A stretch of DNA of 55,748 bases from Calditrichaceae bacterium (GCA_050173015.1 JBFXLE010000021.1:19978-75725), one strand, 5' to 3'; counted from the stretch's first letter, positions 1 to 11,082 are shown. Made by a program: numbers and translations. Notes: generated by a model not told the origin, from the sequence alone.

Positions 1-2
1 CC

Positions 3-926
3 GGACAGGACTGGAATTCATCTGTAGGTGTTCCGACCGGCTGGAATTACTGGTTACCGCCGGTTGGTGGAAATGACGGTGAACTGGCCAATGGTTATGA
101 GAATACGGTAATAACGGATGAAGAATCCCATACCGGTTTATACTCATTAAAGCTGGATCTGCCTTTTGACCGCGCCCCGCATGACGGCTGGATTGGCACA
201 AGAAGATATTTATTGAACACAGAAGATGCTCCATCTAAAACGGAATCGATCATGGATGTTTCCGAATTGAACGGCATCAGCGCCGGAGACTTACTGAGAA
301 TTAGCGTTTGGATCAAAGCCAGTGATCTGGTGCCCGATTCCGCGGCTGCATATCCCGGTACCTGGTCGGTGGGCATTACACCGATATTCCATAGCGGCTA
401 CTTAAGTAACGATTCCTATGATGAAATCGGCGCGCAGGATCTGGTGTTCAAATTCCCCGCCGTGACATCCTTCGGCTGGACGAAATATTATGTGGATGTA
501 AAAGTTCCGGCTGACGCGAATGCAAAAGCGCTGTCAGTAAGAATTCATCCTTATGCCAGGTTTACCGGAACCATCTATTTTGATGATGTAGAGGTGGAGG
601 TTCTGGGTGTAACGGATATAGAAGACGGAATAGTCAATGGCTTACCTAAAACGTATGAGCTGCGTAATAACTATCCAAATCCTTTCAATCCAACTACAAC
701 GATCGGCTATGTGTTGCCGCGTTCGGAAAAGGTTACGATTGAGATCTATAATATCATCGGGCAGCGTGTCCGCACATTGATTAGTTCTGTGCAACAAGCC
801 GGTGATCACGAAGTGACCTGGAATGGACGGGATGAGACAGGAAGAATGGTTGGAAGTGGAATTTATTTCTACAGACTAAAAGCCGGTGATACATCCATAA
901 TTAAAAAGATGACATTGCTTAAATAA
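3..926 (+). CDS. Secreted carbohydrate-binding-domain protein with FlgD-Ig/T9SS-like C-terminal sorting domain (5' truncated by window)
   Basis: The frame is open from position 3 (GQDWNSSVGVPTGWNYW...) into the listed 213..926 ORF. CBM4/9-like features (HTGLYSLK, GTIYFDDV). C-terminus has NYPNPFNPTT...WNGRDETG..VGSGIYFYRL...KKMTLLK. Confidence 0.75.
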   Translation, partial: GQDWNSSVGVPTGWNYWLPPVGGNDGELANGYENTVITDEESHTGLYSLKLDLPFDRAPHDGWIGTRRYLLNTEDAPSKTESIMDVSELNGISAGDLLRISVWIKASDLVPDSAAAYPGTWSVGITPIFHSGYLSNDSYDEIGAQDLVFKFPAVTSFGWTKYYVDVKVPADANAKALSVRIHPYARFTGTIYFDDVEVEVLGVTDIEDGIVNGLPKTYELRNNYPNPFNPTTTIGYVLPRSEKVTIEIYNIIGQRVRTLISSVQQAGDHEVTWNGRDETGRMVGSGIYFYRLKAGDTSIIKKMTLLK

Positions 927-934
927 TTTTTTAA

Positions 935-966
935 CCGGGGCATCATTATCTGATGCCCCGGATTTT
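935..966 (+). terminator. Stem-loop (intrinsic terminator or mRNA-stabilising hairpin)
   Basis: Perfect 11-bp stem CCGGGGCATCA/TGATGCCCCGG with a 5-nt loop, followed by ATTTT, just after the stop at 926. Confidence 0.65.
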
Positions 967-1049
967 ATCTTATTTGATGTTCATCCGAGAAAAAGTTAAT
1001 GAGATCATTGAGTTTATATTGGGCAACAATCGTTTAAAGGTGACATAAA

Positions 1050-3740
1050 ATGTCTGTAAAGCAATTAGCTTCAAAAATCCTTGTAAAATATATTTGGCTG
1101 ATATTGCTGTTTGTCAATATGAGTTTTTCCGGAACAACAGGTAAAATAGCCGGCCGGATAATCGACTCGACTACAGGTGAACCCCTTGCAGCGGCTAATA
1201 TTGTATTGGCAGAAACGGTTTTAGGGGCAACGGCTGACTTAGATGGATATTATTTTATTATCAATATTCCTCCGGGCAAATATCAGGTGGAAGGGCATTA
1301 TATCGGATATCAATCTTATATTATTACAGATGTGAAAGTATCGGTTGATCAAACAACCAGGATAGACATTGAACTACGTCCAGAAATGCTGGAGGGTGAA
1401 ACCATCGAGGTTGTGGCGGAACGACCGATCATTCAGAAAGATCTGACCTCATCGCTCTCTAAGGTCGGTGGAGATGAAATTGTTCTTTTACCGATCGAGA
1501 ATGTTGAAAGTATTGTTAATCTGCAGGCGGGAGTCGTCGATGGCCACTTCAGAGGAGGAAGAAAAAACGAGGTTAAGTATCTAATAGATGGAATTTCTGT
1601 CAATGATGCATTCTCGGGTGATTTCTCTCTCCAGGCGGACTTAAACAGCATTCAGGAAGTCCAGGTTTTAAGCGGAACATTTAATGCGGAATATGGAGAA
1701 GCTTTGTCCGGGGTTGTCAATCAGGTGACCAAAACCCCGGGAAACAAATATGAAGGAGAGATTTCTGTCTATTCGGGAGATTATTTCTCTGCGCGGGATC
1801 AATATTATCAAAATATCGAATCCCTGAGTCCCACAGATATCAGTGATTTTCAGGGGAGTGTCAGCGGCCCGGTGCCGGGGACAAAAGGCAATTTAAAATT
1901 TTTCTTATCGGGTAGATATAATTATAACGATGGGTATCTTTATGGTAAAAGGATGTTTAATCCTTCCGATTCATCAAATTTTTCGGCGAACGATCCTGCT
2001 GATTGGTATGTTGGGGCGACGGGGGACAATGAATATGTTCCAATGAATTTTTCGGAAACAGCAAGCTTACAGGGAAAACTTTATATACGGGTAGGCGAGG
2101 CGAAATGGCTGGTCCTGCAAGGGCTGTACCAAAAGAATGATTACCGCGACTATAATCATACTTACAAACTGAATCCAGACGGAGATTACAAAAATTTTGA
2201 AGAAGGTTATCTGGGAAGCATTAGTTATACGCACGTTCTTAATCCTTCGACATTTATTGATTTTAAAAGTTCGGCTTTTGTGTCAAACTCCGAAGAATAT
2301 GCTTTTGAAGATCCGTTGGACTCCAGATACGTGAATCCCGAACGAAAAAGAGATGTGAGCGGGGCGGCATTTCTCACAGGCGGTACCGAGAACTGGCATT
2401 TTTATCACCAAACCAGTACTTTTACCGGAAAAGTCGATTTAACTTCACAAATTAATCATATTCATCAGATCAAAAATGGTGTCGAAGTACAATATCATAG
2501 CCTTGAATACGAAGATTATCAAACACATATAGATGCTTCAAGCAATTTTCAACCACAATTACCTGTTCCGGGAAGTTTTGATTATAATACATACGCCAAT
2601 AATCCATATCAATTGGCCGCGTATTTACAGGACAAAATTGAGTTAGATTACCTGATTGTCAATGCGGGGATTCGGTTTGATTATTTCGAACCGGACGGTA
2701 AAACCCTTAAGGACCCCAATAATATTGCCGCTCTTGACAGTCAGGCGCCGCCGTATGCGGATACATTATTTAATGATGCTTCCGCCAAATATCAGTTTAG
2801 TCCCAGGATGGGTATTTCTTATCCTATCTCAGATGGCGGGGCTATTCATATATCCTATGGCCACTTTTTCCAGATGCCTTCATTCGATTATTTGTATCGA
2901 AATCCCAATTTCAGAATTCCGTTAACAGGTGATTTCCCCGAACAGGTAGGAAACGTGATCGGAAATGCCGATCTGGAACCGGAAAGAACCACGATGTACG
3001 AAATCGGATTACAACAGCAGTTATCTTCCTATATAGGACTTTCTGTAAGCGCTTATTACAAGGATATCCGAAATCTGATCGGACAGGAGATCTATATTAA
3101 AAATGATTTCCGGAAATTCGGACAATATGTTAATCGCGACTACGGTTCGGTAAAAGGTGTGACCATTGCTTTTGAAAAAAGATTTAGCGGTGGATTTTCA
3201 GCCAATGTGGATTACACTTACCAGATTGCCAAGGGGAGCGCGTCTGATCCGAATGATGAATTTAACAAGGCCCAGGCAAGTCCGCCGATAGAAAGTAACA
3301 AACAGCTTGTCTCACTCGACTGGGATCGCAGACATTCTCTAAACTTCACTGTCACAACGGGTATTCCGGGTAAGTTTATATCAAGTTTCGTCGGTAAATT
3401 CGGCTCGGGAATGCCCTATACCCCCTCTATTCAAAATCAACGAACCGGTTTGGAAAATAGTGATAACAGACCGTCTTATTTTAACATAGATCTTTATATG
3501 ACAAGGTATTTTAAGATATATAATCATGATTTATCGGTATTCCTGAAAATCTATAATTTGTTTGATACTGAAAATGAAGTCGATGTTTTTACGGATACCG
3601 GCCGGGCCGGTTATACTCTTGAATTGACCAGGGCGCAGGAAGAGCCCCGCGGAGTGAATACCCTAAGTGAATATTATACGAGGCCGGATTATTATTCGGA
3701 GCCCAGGAAAGCAATATTGGGATTCACATATTCATTCTAA
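1050..3740 (+). CDS. TonB-dependent receptor with N-terminal carboxypeptidase-regulatory-like domain
   Basis: Signal peptide; GTTGKIAGRIID..TGEPL; plug motif HFRGGR..EVKYLIDG; GTFNAEYG; NADLEPERT; C-terminal F. Confidence 0.93.
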   Translation: MSVKQLASKILVKYIWLILLFVNMSFSGTTGKIAGRIIDSTTGEPLAAANIVLAETVLGATADLDGYYFIINIPPGKYQVEGHYIGYQSYIITDVKVSVDQTTRIDIELRPEMLEGETIEVVAERPIIQKDLTSSLSKVGGDEIVLLPIENVESIVNLQAGVVDGHFRGGRKNEVKYLIDGISVNDAFSGDFSLQADLNSIQEVQVLSGTFNAEYGEALSGVVNQVTKTPGNKYEGEISVYSGDYFSARDQYYQNIESLSPTDISDFQGSVSGPVPGTKGNLKFFLSGRYNYNDGYLYGKRMFNPSDSSNFSANDPADWYVGATGDNEYVPMNFSETASLQGKLYIRVGEAKWLVLQGLYQKNDYRDYNHTYKLNPDGDYKNFEEGYLGSISYTHVLNPSTFIDFKSSAFVSNSEEYAFEDPLDSRYVNPERKRDVSGAAFLTGGTENWHFYHQTSTFTGKVDLTSQINHIHQIKNGVEVQYHSLEYEDYQTHIDASSNFQPQLPVPGSFDYNTYANNPYQLAAYLQDKIELDYLIVNAGIRFDYFEPDGKTLKDPNNIAALDSQAPPYADTLFNDASAKYQFSPRMGISYPISDGGAIHISYGHFFQMPSFDYLYRNPNFRIPLTGDFPEQVGNVIGNADLEPERTTMYEIGLQQQLSSYIGLSVSAYYKDIRNLIGQEIYIKNDFRKFGQYVNRDYGSVKGVTIAFEKRFSGGFSANVDYTYQIAKGSASDPNDEFNKAQASPPIESNKQLVSLDWDRRHSLNFTVTTGIPGKFISSFVGKFGSGMPYTPSIQNQRTGLENSDNRPSYFNIDLYMTRYFKIYNHDLSVFLKIYNLFDTENEVDVFTDTGRAGYTLELTRAQEEPRGVNTLSEYYTRPDYYSEPRKAILGFTYSF

Positions 3741-3767
3741 AGTATGCCAAAATACGGAGGCGACGAG

Positions 3768-6700
3768 GTGTTTCATAATTGTAAAATTTCAAAATTCGCA
3801 ATCTTTGTCTCGATACTGGTTCTGATGGTTTTTTTTATTCCGGATGGGAATGCTCAGAAAATACCTGATTGGAACAAAGGTGATCACAATCAGACCAAAA
3901 AAGGAATCATGGATGGCAATCTGGTTGAAACCGTCTATTATAATTTTGGTGAAGTGGCTGACTGGTTAAACGAACCGAGCAGAAGCGGCGTCTGGCCTAA
4001 AGGTACCAATCACACTTATCTGGATGGTGTGGCCATTATTGTCCAGGCTGAAACGGAAGATCCGCAGGGTAATTTGATTCATCCGCTCGAAACAAATTAT
4101 TATGAATATACAAGATATAATCCATCCACCGGTGTCACCTATGGTTGGTGGCCTTTACCGGGATATGCAAATCCATATCAATCAAGTCCGGCTCAAAGCA
4201 ACAAGTCAAGTACCTGGCCGATTACCTGGCCTGATCGTTTATCTGACTGGGACGGGGCATGGAATGGTTTTTTTGGCAAGGGGAAATTAAACGCAGATCT
4301 TGAAACCTTTTTCGTTTTCGATGATAATGAGGACAGAGAATATATTCTGAAAAATAATTTTTATCCCGATCAGAATGATTTGACCCGCGGTGGTCTGGGT
4401 GTACAGGTAAGAGCGAGGGGATTCCAGTGGTCACAGGTTTTGGCTGAAGATGTGATCTTTTGGTATTATGAAGTGACCAATATGAGTACTACGGATTATA
4501 GGAAGACGCTTTTCGCGCAATACGTTGACTGGGGAATCGGAGGTCATGATAATTCATCAAATAACGCGGGGGATTATGATGATATTCTGGATATCTCCTA
4601 TGCATGGTCAACGGTATCCTTTGGTAGTCCCGGGAACTGGAGTCCGGTCGGGTTGTCAGGGTACGCATTTCTTGAAAGCCCCGGAATTTCTGATGATTTC
4701 AGGGACAATGATCAGGACGGATTGACCGATGAGCGCCGGGATAATGAAGCTACCGAATTTATACGATTTCCGTCTGATGACAGTTATTTAACGGACGTTT
4801 TCAGAGATACCACTAACTTCAAAAATTTTTATGGATACTCCTGGAAACCGCATTGGGATGCAGATGAGAATGCAAGTTGGCGATCATTTACAGATGTAAA
4901 TGAAAATGGTGTTCCCGATGAAGGTGAACCCTTAAACGATGATGTCGGTTCGGATGGACTTGGTCCTTTTGACAGCCAGTATTCAGGACCGGATACGGAT
5001 GGATCGGAGGCAAATGGACGTCCGGATCAGGGGGAACCAAATTTTGGCTTCCTGGACAAGGATGAATCGGATCAGCTTGGTTTGACAGGATTTTTGATTT
5101 TCCCTGTTCATACACCATATGATCTTGACAATGACGAAGAAAACTGGCAGGCTCTTTCTTCATTACCGGCTCCACATGGTCAGTCTCTTGTCGGGGTGAA
5201 TCTCGCGAATTTCTTTTCCAGTTATTTATTCCATTTGAATGGCCGAAATACGTACGGGGAGGAAACCGGTGAAACAGAAAGGTTTTCTATGGCCCTGATA
5301 TTCGGTATTGATAAAAGTGATATTTTCAGAAGAAAAAAGACGGTTCAGCAGATCTATAACGCGAATTATCAGTTCGCCAAACCGCCTGAGAAACCCATTG
5401 TGAAAGCGATTCCGGGCGATCAGCGAGTCACGTTGTACTGGGATGACCGCGCGGAGAGTACATTTGATGCGTTTTACCAAAAATATAATTTTGAAGGTTA
5501 TCGTATCTATCGAAGCACAGAAGCTAATTTTATTGAAAATAAAGTCATAACGGATGCTTATGGGAAATCCACATTCAGAAAACCGATTGCTCAGTTTGAT
5601 CTTGTTGATGGGGTGCAGGGACTGCATCCTATTGATGTAAACGGCGCCATGTTTGATTTGGGTACGGATAGCGGCCTGCGCCATTCTTATATTGACAGTA
5701 CCGTTCAAAATGGTCAGACCTATTATTACGCGGTTGTCGCTTATGACCAGGGATATACATCTACCTCCGTAGAAGGGGTGTTTCAGGGAATCCCTCCATC
5801 AGAGACTGCGAGTATCATTAAACTTGATATTAGCGGAAATATTGAGACGGATATAAACACAGCAGTGGTCACGCCTCGCGCTCCGGCAGCCGGTTACGTC
5901 CCACCGGAAATAGATTTAATTGAAAAAAGCGGACTAGGTACAGGAAAAATTGAAATCAATGTTCTCGATCCTGATTCGTTGAAGAATCAGCATGTTTATC
6001 GTTTGGAATTTGAAAATAATTCTCCGTTTCAAAATAATCCGAATCCGGTGTACAGACTGGTTAATTACAGCATGGACGATACGCTTGTCAGTAATAAAAC
6101 CCTTGAGAGCGAAGATATTCAAACACCGGTTTTTGATGGATTTGCGGTGGATATCAAAAATGATGCTAATGTTGTGATAAATCAGTCGGAGACGGGTTGG
6201 AAAACCGGTAATACAACCTACATAACACAGGTTGGATTTGATTCACGCTATGCCGCCGCGTACCAAACTAAAAGAGTCAATTATCCCGCGGATTTTGAGA
6301 TACAGCTCGTGGACAAAGGAATGGGGGATTTATCATTCCCCGCCACCAGTTTCAGTAAACCATTGCCGTCGAATATATTCATCAAAAATCTTACGGAAGA
6401 AACGGATCATTTTCAGTTTATCTTCCGGGATAATGATAAAGACTCCACTTTCAGTGTCGGTGACGCGATTTTTCTTGTAAGCGGAGATTCACTCTCGAAA
6501 AGAGCCACATCCTTTACAGATTTACGTGTGATGTGGTCTGTCTCTTTGATTAAGGATACCACTTTAGCCGAGTCAGAACAGAAAGCGCCAAAACCGGGTG
6601 ATGTATTCGTTATAAAAACCAAAAAGCCGTTCAGGACCAATGAGCACTTTGAGTTCACCACGACCGGGCCCTCCTTCAGCCGTGGAAAAGCAGGCTCAGA

Positions 6701-7013
6701 TCTTGACAAAATCGCGGTTGTTCCGAATCCTTATATCGGCGCGGCTTCATGGGAGCCAACAACGACAAGTGTGGGCAGAGGAGAGCGGCGCGTCTTTTTT
6801 ATCCATCTGCCTGCTGTTTGCACGATTCGAATTTATACAATCAGCGGTCACCTGGTAAAAACCCTTGAACATAACAGTACGGTCAGTGACGGTCAGGAAT
6901 CGTGGAATCTAATTACACGAGACGGGATGGACCTGGCGTTTGGCGTATATGTTTTTCATGTGGATGCGCCGGGTATTGGCACAAAGATTGGCAGATTTGC
7001 CGTCATAAAATAG
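3768..7013 (+). CDS. Large secreted protein of unknown function (acidic Ca-binding-like repeats, Fn3-like region, T9SS-like CTD)
   Basis: GTG at 3768 follows GGAGG (3756-3760); the ORF track starts at ATG 3744. Signal peptide; DNDQDGLTDE and DVNENGVPDEGE repeats; C-terminal VVPNPY...IRIYTISG.LV..WNL...A.GVY. Confidence 0.8.
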   Translation: MFHNCKISKFAIFVSILVLMVFFIPDGNAQKIPDWNKGDHNQTKKGIMDGNLVETVYYNFGEVADWLNEPSRSGVWPKGTNHTYLDGVAIIVQAETEDPQGNLIHPLETNYYEYTRYNPSTGVTYGWWPLPGYANPYQSSPAQSNKSSTWPITWPDRLSDWDGAWNGFFGKGKLNADLETFFVFDDNEDREYILKNNFYPDQNDLTRGGLGVQVRARGFQWSQVLAEDVIFWYYEVTNMSTTDYRKTLFAQYVDWGIGGHDNSSNNAGDYDDILDISYAWSTVSFGSPGNWSPVGLSGYAFLESPGISDDFRDNDQDGLTDERRDNEATEFIRFPSDDSYLTDVFRDTTNFKNFYGYSWKPHWDADENASWRSFTDVNENGVPDEGEPLNDDVGSDGLGPFDSQYSGPDTDGSEANGRPDQGEPNFGFLDKDESDQLGLTGFLIFPVHTPYDLDNDEENWQALSSLPAPHGQSLVGVNLANFFSSYLFHLNGRNTYGEETGETERFSMALIFGIDKSDIFRRKKTVQQIYNANYQFAKPPEKPIVKAIPGDQRVTLYWDDRAESTFDAFYQKYNFEGYRIYRSTEANFIENKVITDAYGKSTFRKPIAQFDLVDGVQGLHPIDVNGAMFDLGTDSGLRHSYIDSTVQNGQTYYYAVVAYDQGYTSTSVEGVFQGIPPSETASIIKLDISGNIETDINTAVVTPRAPAAGYVPPEIDLIEKSGLGTGKIEINVLDPDSLKNQHVYRLEFENNSPFQNNPNPVYRLVNYSMDDTLVSNKTLESEDIQTPVFDGFAVDIKNDANVVINQSETGWKTGNTTYITQVGFDSRYAAAYQTKRVNYPADFEIQLVDKGMGDLSFPATSFSKPLPSNIFIKNLTEETDHFQFIFRDNDKDSTFSVGDAIFLVSGDSLSKRATSFTDLRVMWSVSLIKDTTLAESEQKAPKPGDVFVIKTKKPFRTNEHFEFTTTGPSFSRGKAGSDLDKIAVVPNPYIGAASWEPTTTSVGRGERRVFFIHLPAVCTIRIYTISGHLVKTLEHNSTVSDGQESWNLITRDGMDLAFGVYVFHVDAPGIGTKIGRFAVIK

Positions 7014-7034
7014 TGTTATCGAGGAAATACTGAA

Positions 7035-8081
7035 TTGAGGTCATCGATGAACAGGAAAATAATAATTGCAATAATTGTATTGATCACGACGGGAGTCTCC
7101 GCGGTTTTTCCGTCGGATAACAATGTCTCTAAAGTTGGCACATCCGCCGCGACGTTTCTGGAGATCCCTGTGGGAGCGAACGCCGTCGGCATGGGCGGAG
7201 CATATGTAAGTATTGCGAATGACGCGAGCGCTTTGTACTGGAATGTTGCCGGGATTACAAATTTGGAGAAGAAAGAAGTCCTGGCAGTTCATAGTGACTG
7301 GATTGCTGATACGAATTTTGATTTTGCCGCACTTGTTTTGCCGCTCGGAAAGTACGGAACATTCGGGTTGAGCATAACTTCTTTAACCATGAGCGATATG
7401 CAAGTGAGAACCGTTGACAAACCCGAAGGTACAGGCGAATTTTTTGACGCGAGTGACCTGAGTGTGGGCGCTTCCTATGCCTTTAAGCTAACCGACAGGT
7501 TTTCTATAGGTTTTACGGGGAAATATATTCAGGAAAAAATCTGGCACATGACCGCCAGTGCGGTGGCCATTGATATCGGTACGCTATTCAGAACGGATCT
7601 TTTCAACGGGATGACCATAGGCGCTTCAATTTATAATTTTGGAACATCGATGACTCTGGACGGAAGAGATACAAGAACATTCGGAAGAATTGATGATACG
7701 AAACTGGGTTCCAACGAGAATATTCCGCAAAACATTGAAATGGATTCCTGGGATTTACCGCTGAATATTCAGATTGGTGTATCTACATCTCTGATCCGGT
7801 CAAACGAATATCAGGTAACTGTTGCTCTTGATGCGGTTCATCCCAGTGATAATTATGAAAGCGTCAATATTGGGACAGAGTTTTCTTATGCAAATCTCTT
7901 CTTTTTACGCGGAGGGTATAGTGAACTTTTCCTTGATGACGCGGAAGGCGGCTTATCGTTAGGCGTGGGTGTGGTTACCGGTATGCTCTTTAGCAATGCG
8001 AAAATCAAATTTGATTACGCGTTCAGGGATATGGGAAGGCTGGATAATACTCAGTTATTCTCATTGGGAGTAGTATTTTAA
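7035..8081 (+). CDS. PorV/PorQ-family (UPF0164) outer-membrane beta-barrel
   Basis: KVGTSAATFLEIPVGA..VGMGGAYV..ANDASALYWN.AG motif; LRGGY; C-terminal F. Confidence 0.85.
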   Translation: MRSSMNRKIIIAIIVLITTGVSAVFPSDNNVSKVGTSAATFLEIPVGANAVGMGGAYVSIANDASALYWNVAGITNLEKKEVLAVHSDWIADTNFDFAALVLPLGKYGTFGLSITSLTMSDMQVRTVDKPEGTGEFFDASDLSVGASYAFKLTDRFSIGFTGKYIQEKIWHMTASAVAIDIGTLFRTDLFNGMTIGASIYNFGTSMTLDGRDTRTFGRIDDTKLGSNENIPQNIEMDSWDLPLNIQIGVSTSLIRSNEYQVTVALDAVHPSDNYESVNIGTEFSYANLFFLRGGYSELFLDDAEGGLSLGVGVVTGMLFSNAKIKFDYAFRDMGRLDNTQLFSLGVVF

Positions 8082-8159
8082 ATCACAAGAAGGCAAACAT
8101 CCAATTCAAGATGTAATATATAGGTTGAATCAGACACAATTAATAATCGAAATTGAATT

Positions 8160-9755
8160 ATGAGTTTCCCAAAATATTTTAAATTAATTTTGCTCGTATC
8201 CGCGATGATGGTTTCCGCGCTCGCCTATGGGCAGGAATCCGAGTTCAGCAGGGTTACTAAATTACCAAATCCGGACTTTGATAACACGGTTGTGGCGAAG
8301 GTAGCGGATTTGGAAATAACATCATCGGAATTTGTTTTAAATTATGAATTTGGACCATCTTTCCTGAAAAGGCAGAAGGACTCCAAACGCAGATACCTGG
8401 AAATAATGATTTATGAAAAATTGCTGGCGCTGAAAGGGTATGAAGCGGGATTGCTGGATTTGCCTTCTGCTCAAAGATCGTTTAGGGAAATTCACAACGA
8501 TCTTATAACAGAAGAATTCTATAAAGATGAAATATTGAGCAGAGTCAATTTAACTCAAAAAGAAATTGATAAAGGAGTAACGAAAAGTCAGATAGAGGTT
8601 GAGCTAAAATGGTTGTATTCAAATGATCCTGAAGTCATTCTGACATTAATGAATAAATTGAATTCCGGCACTCCATTTGACAGTTTGTTCAAACAACAAA
8701 TTTCAGATTCTGTAAAATCAGAAGACCGTCAATGGAGAACAAATCTATTTAAACTTCAGCAACAAAATCCTGAACTATATTCGATAGTGGACACATTAAA
8801 AATAAGACAATTTTCCAATCCGATAAAAACCGGTGACGGATGGTACATCGTCCTTGTAAATAATATTGTGAAAAACGTCATCATAGGGGAAGCGGGATAT
8901 CAGGACCAATACCACAAGGTAAAAAAGCTGATAACAAAACAAAAATCGGATAGTCTGTCCGATGAGTATGTCAGAGAAATGATGATTGAACACGATCCTG
9001 TAATAGACAGGCAGAATTTTAACATACTTAGAGCAAAAATCGGTAAAGAATTCTTACGTCCGGAAAAATTTTCAGATTGGGATCTGCCGGACTCAACGGG
9101 AAATGCAGAATTATCTGACAGCATGTTTGTAAAATTATGGCGAGACAGTGTACTGGTAAGTTATAAGAGTGGATCTGTTACCATTGGTGAATTTTGGGAT
9201 TGGTATGAAATCCGAAAGCAATACTTGAAATTCAATACAAATACACGGGAAAGTTATTTTGTATCCGTACAACAATCTATCTGGCGTATGTTGAGAGACA
9301 AGATATTGATTGAACGCGCTCAAGCAGCAGAAATATCCAAATTGGAAATCGTAAAGATTCAGGAAAAATGGTGGCGGGATAAAATCGTTTATAGCGCAAT
9401 GAAAGAGAAAATCGCCGCTTCTATTGATATTACCGAAGAGAGATTAATTCAATTTTATAATGATAATTTACATAATTATAAAGGAAAAAATGGTCATATT
9501 TTACCATTTGAGAAAGTTAAAAATAATGTAAAAAGTGAATATTACCGTGAAGAATACATGGCAAAATTAATTCGTGAAATTCAGAAGTTAAAACAAAAAT
9601 ACAGAATTTCGGTTAACGATGAAGTACTGGCAAATACTAAGGTCGAAGACGAAGAAAATCCCAAAACAATCGATGTTTACACGGTTAAAAAAGGAGGCAC
9701 CTTACCCAGACAGCCATATCCGACGATAGACTGGGAGTGGCAGTCATGGTATTAA
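8160..9755 (+). CDS. SurA/PrsA-like periplasmic chaperone (degenerate parvulin PPIase)
   Basis: Signal peptide; VVAKVAD.EIT..EF; FSNPIKTGDGWYIV; LPFEKVKNNV helical chaperone pattern. Confidence 0.6.
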   Translation: MSFPKYFKLILLVSAMMVSALAYGQESEFSRVTKLPNPDFDNTVVAKVADLEITSSEFVLNYEFGPSFLKRQKDSKRRYLEIMIYEKLLALKGYEAGLLDLPSAQRSFREIHNDLITEEFYKDEILSRVNLTQKEIDKGVTKSQIEVELKWLYSNDPEVILTLMNKLNSGTPFDSLFKQQISDSVKSEDRQWRTNLFKLQQQNPELYSIVDTLKIRQFSNPIKTGDGWYIVLVNNIVKNVIIGEAGYQDQYHKVKKLITKQKSDSLSDEYVREMMIEHDPVIDRQNFNILRAKIGKEFLRPEKFSDWDLPDSTGNAELSDSMFVKLWRDSVLVSYKSGSVTIGEFWDWYEIRKQYLKFNTNTRESYFVSVQQSIWRMLRDKILIERAQAAEISKLEIVKIQEKWWRDKIVYSAMKEKIAASIDITEERLIQFYNDNLHNYKGKNGHILPFEKVKNNVKSEYYREEYMAKLIREIQKLKQKYRISVNDEVLANTKVEDEENPKTIDVYTVKKGGTLPRQPYPTIDWEWQSWY

Positions 9756-11056
9756 TAGAAAACCGGAAAACTGGATTTATTAAAACAGGGTTTATATTCT
9801 TGTTTGCGATGCTCAGCATCGTTTCCTGCGGCAAGTCCGGACAAAATCATGAAAAGTTAATCTATTGGTCAGCCAATAATCCGTATGAAATTGAATTTGC
9901 CCGCAAAATTGTAAAAGAATGGAATATGAATAATCCCAATATTCCCGTCCAGTTTCAACCGGTGCCCGAAGGTCGTTCGAGTGAAGAGATTATTTTAGCC
10001 GCTGTGGTCGGCAAAACAACCCCTGATATTTATTCCAATATGTGGCAGGGTGACGTTGAAAATTATGCCCAGGCGGGCGTTCTTGTTCCGCTTGATACCA
10101 TTCCGGGATTTCTGGATTCGCTTTACGCGCGATCCGATAGTGCTGTTGTGGATGAAGTGACATCAAATGACGGCCACATTTATCAAATCCCCTGGAAAAT
10201 AAATCCGATCATGTTGATATATAACCAAAAAATGCTGAAGAAGATCGGTTATGAAAATCCGCCATCGACTTATTCTGATTATTTTGCGGCGGCGGAAAAA
10301 ATTAAAGAAGACATTAATCATGACGGTTATGTGGATCGCTGGATCGGTTATTCAGAAATTCTGGTCACATGGTGGCAGAGACTATTCGATTTTTATCCGA
10401 TTTATCTGGCCGCATCCGGCGGGGGAAAATTGGTCGACGGGAATGATGTTGTATTTGATAACAAACATGCCGTTGATACATTTACATTTCTGAGAACTTT
10501 GTACGAAAAACAATATTTTGCGAGAGAGATGCTTTCCGCAAGACAGGATGTGTTTTTAGGAGGGATCATCGCCACGCGTTTTACCGGTCCGTGGGAGATT
10601 ACCCACGCGGAAAAATTCAAACCTGAAGGATTTGAGTACTCATTTGCGCCACTGCCGGTTCCGGACAATCATGAAGGGGATGCCTACACTTATGGTGATC
10701 CCAAAAATCTTGTGATATTTAATACCTGTCCTCAGCCGGAGACGGCGGTTAAATTTTTAAATTTTATGGTAAACCGTCAAAATGATCTTCGCTTCCTTCA
10801 AATGACCAATCAGTTGCCCAGAAGAAAGCGTTTGTTTGAAGATGCGGCTTTTTCGGAATATTTCAAAAATAACCCAAAGATGATTCCATTCGCGCGTCAG
10901 TCTAGATTTGTAAAAGGAACAGATTCGAGTCCTGTTTTGAGAGAAATATTTGATCTTATTTCCATGGAATATGAAGCCTGTGTTATTTACGGCACCAAAA
11001 CACCGGAGCAGGCGGTCCGGGATGCAGCCGATGCCGCGAGATTATTAGTGAATTAA
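9737..11056 (+). CDS. Sugar ABC transporter substrate-binding lipoprotein
   Basis: Lipobox IVSC; TTPDI; DGHIYQIPW; YNQKML; FTGPW; adjacent to two permeases. Exact start uncertain. Confidence 0.92.
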   Translation: MAVMVLIENRKTGFIKTGFIFLFAMLSIVSCGKSGQNHEKLIYWSANNPYEIEFARKIVKEWNMNNPNIPVQFQPVPEGRSSEEIILAAVVGKTTPDIYSNMWQGDVENYAQAGVLVPLDTIPGFLDSLYARSDSAVVDEVTSNDGHIYQIPWKINPIMLIYNQKMLKKIGYENPPSTYSDYFAAAEKIKEDINHDGYVDRWIGYSEILVTWWQRLFDFYPIYLAASGGGKLVDGNDVVFDNKHAVDTFTFLRTLYEKQYFAREMLSARQDVFLGGIIATRFTGPWEITHAEKFKPEGFEYSFAPLPVPDNHEGDAYTYGDPKNLVIFNTCPQPETAVKFLNFMVNRQNDLRFLQMTNQLPRRKRLFEDAAFSEYFKNNPKMIPFARQSRFVKGTDSSPVLREIFDLISMEYEACVIYGTKTPEQAVRDAADAARLLVN

Positions 11057-11082
11057 TTTAAACTTATAACCAGAACCGAAAA

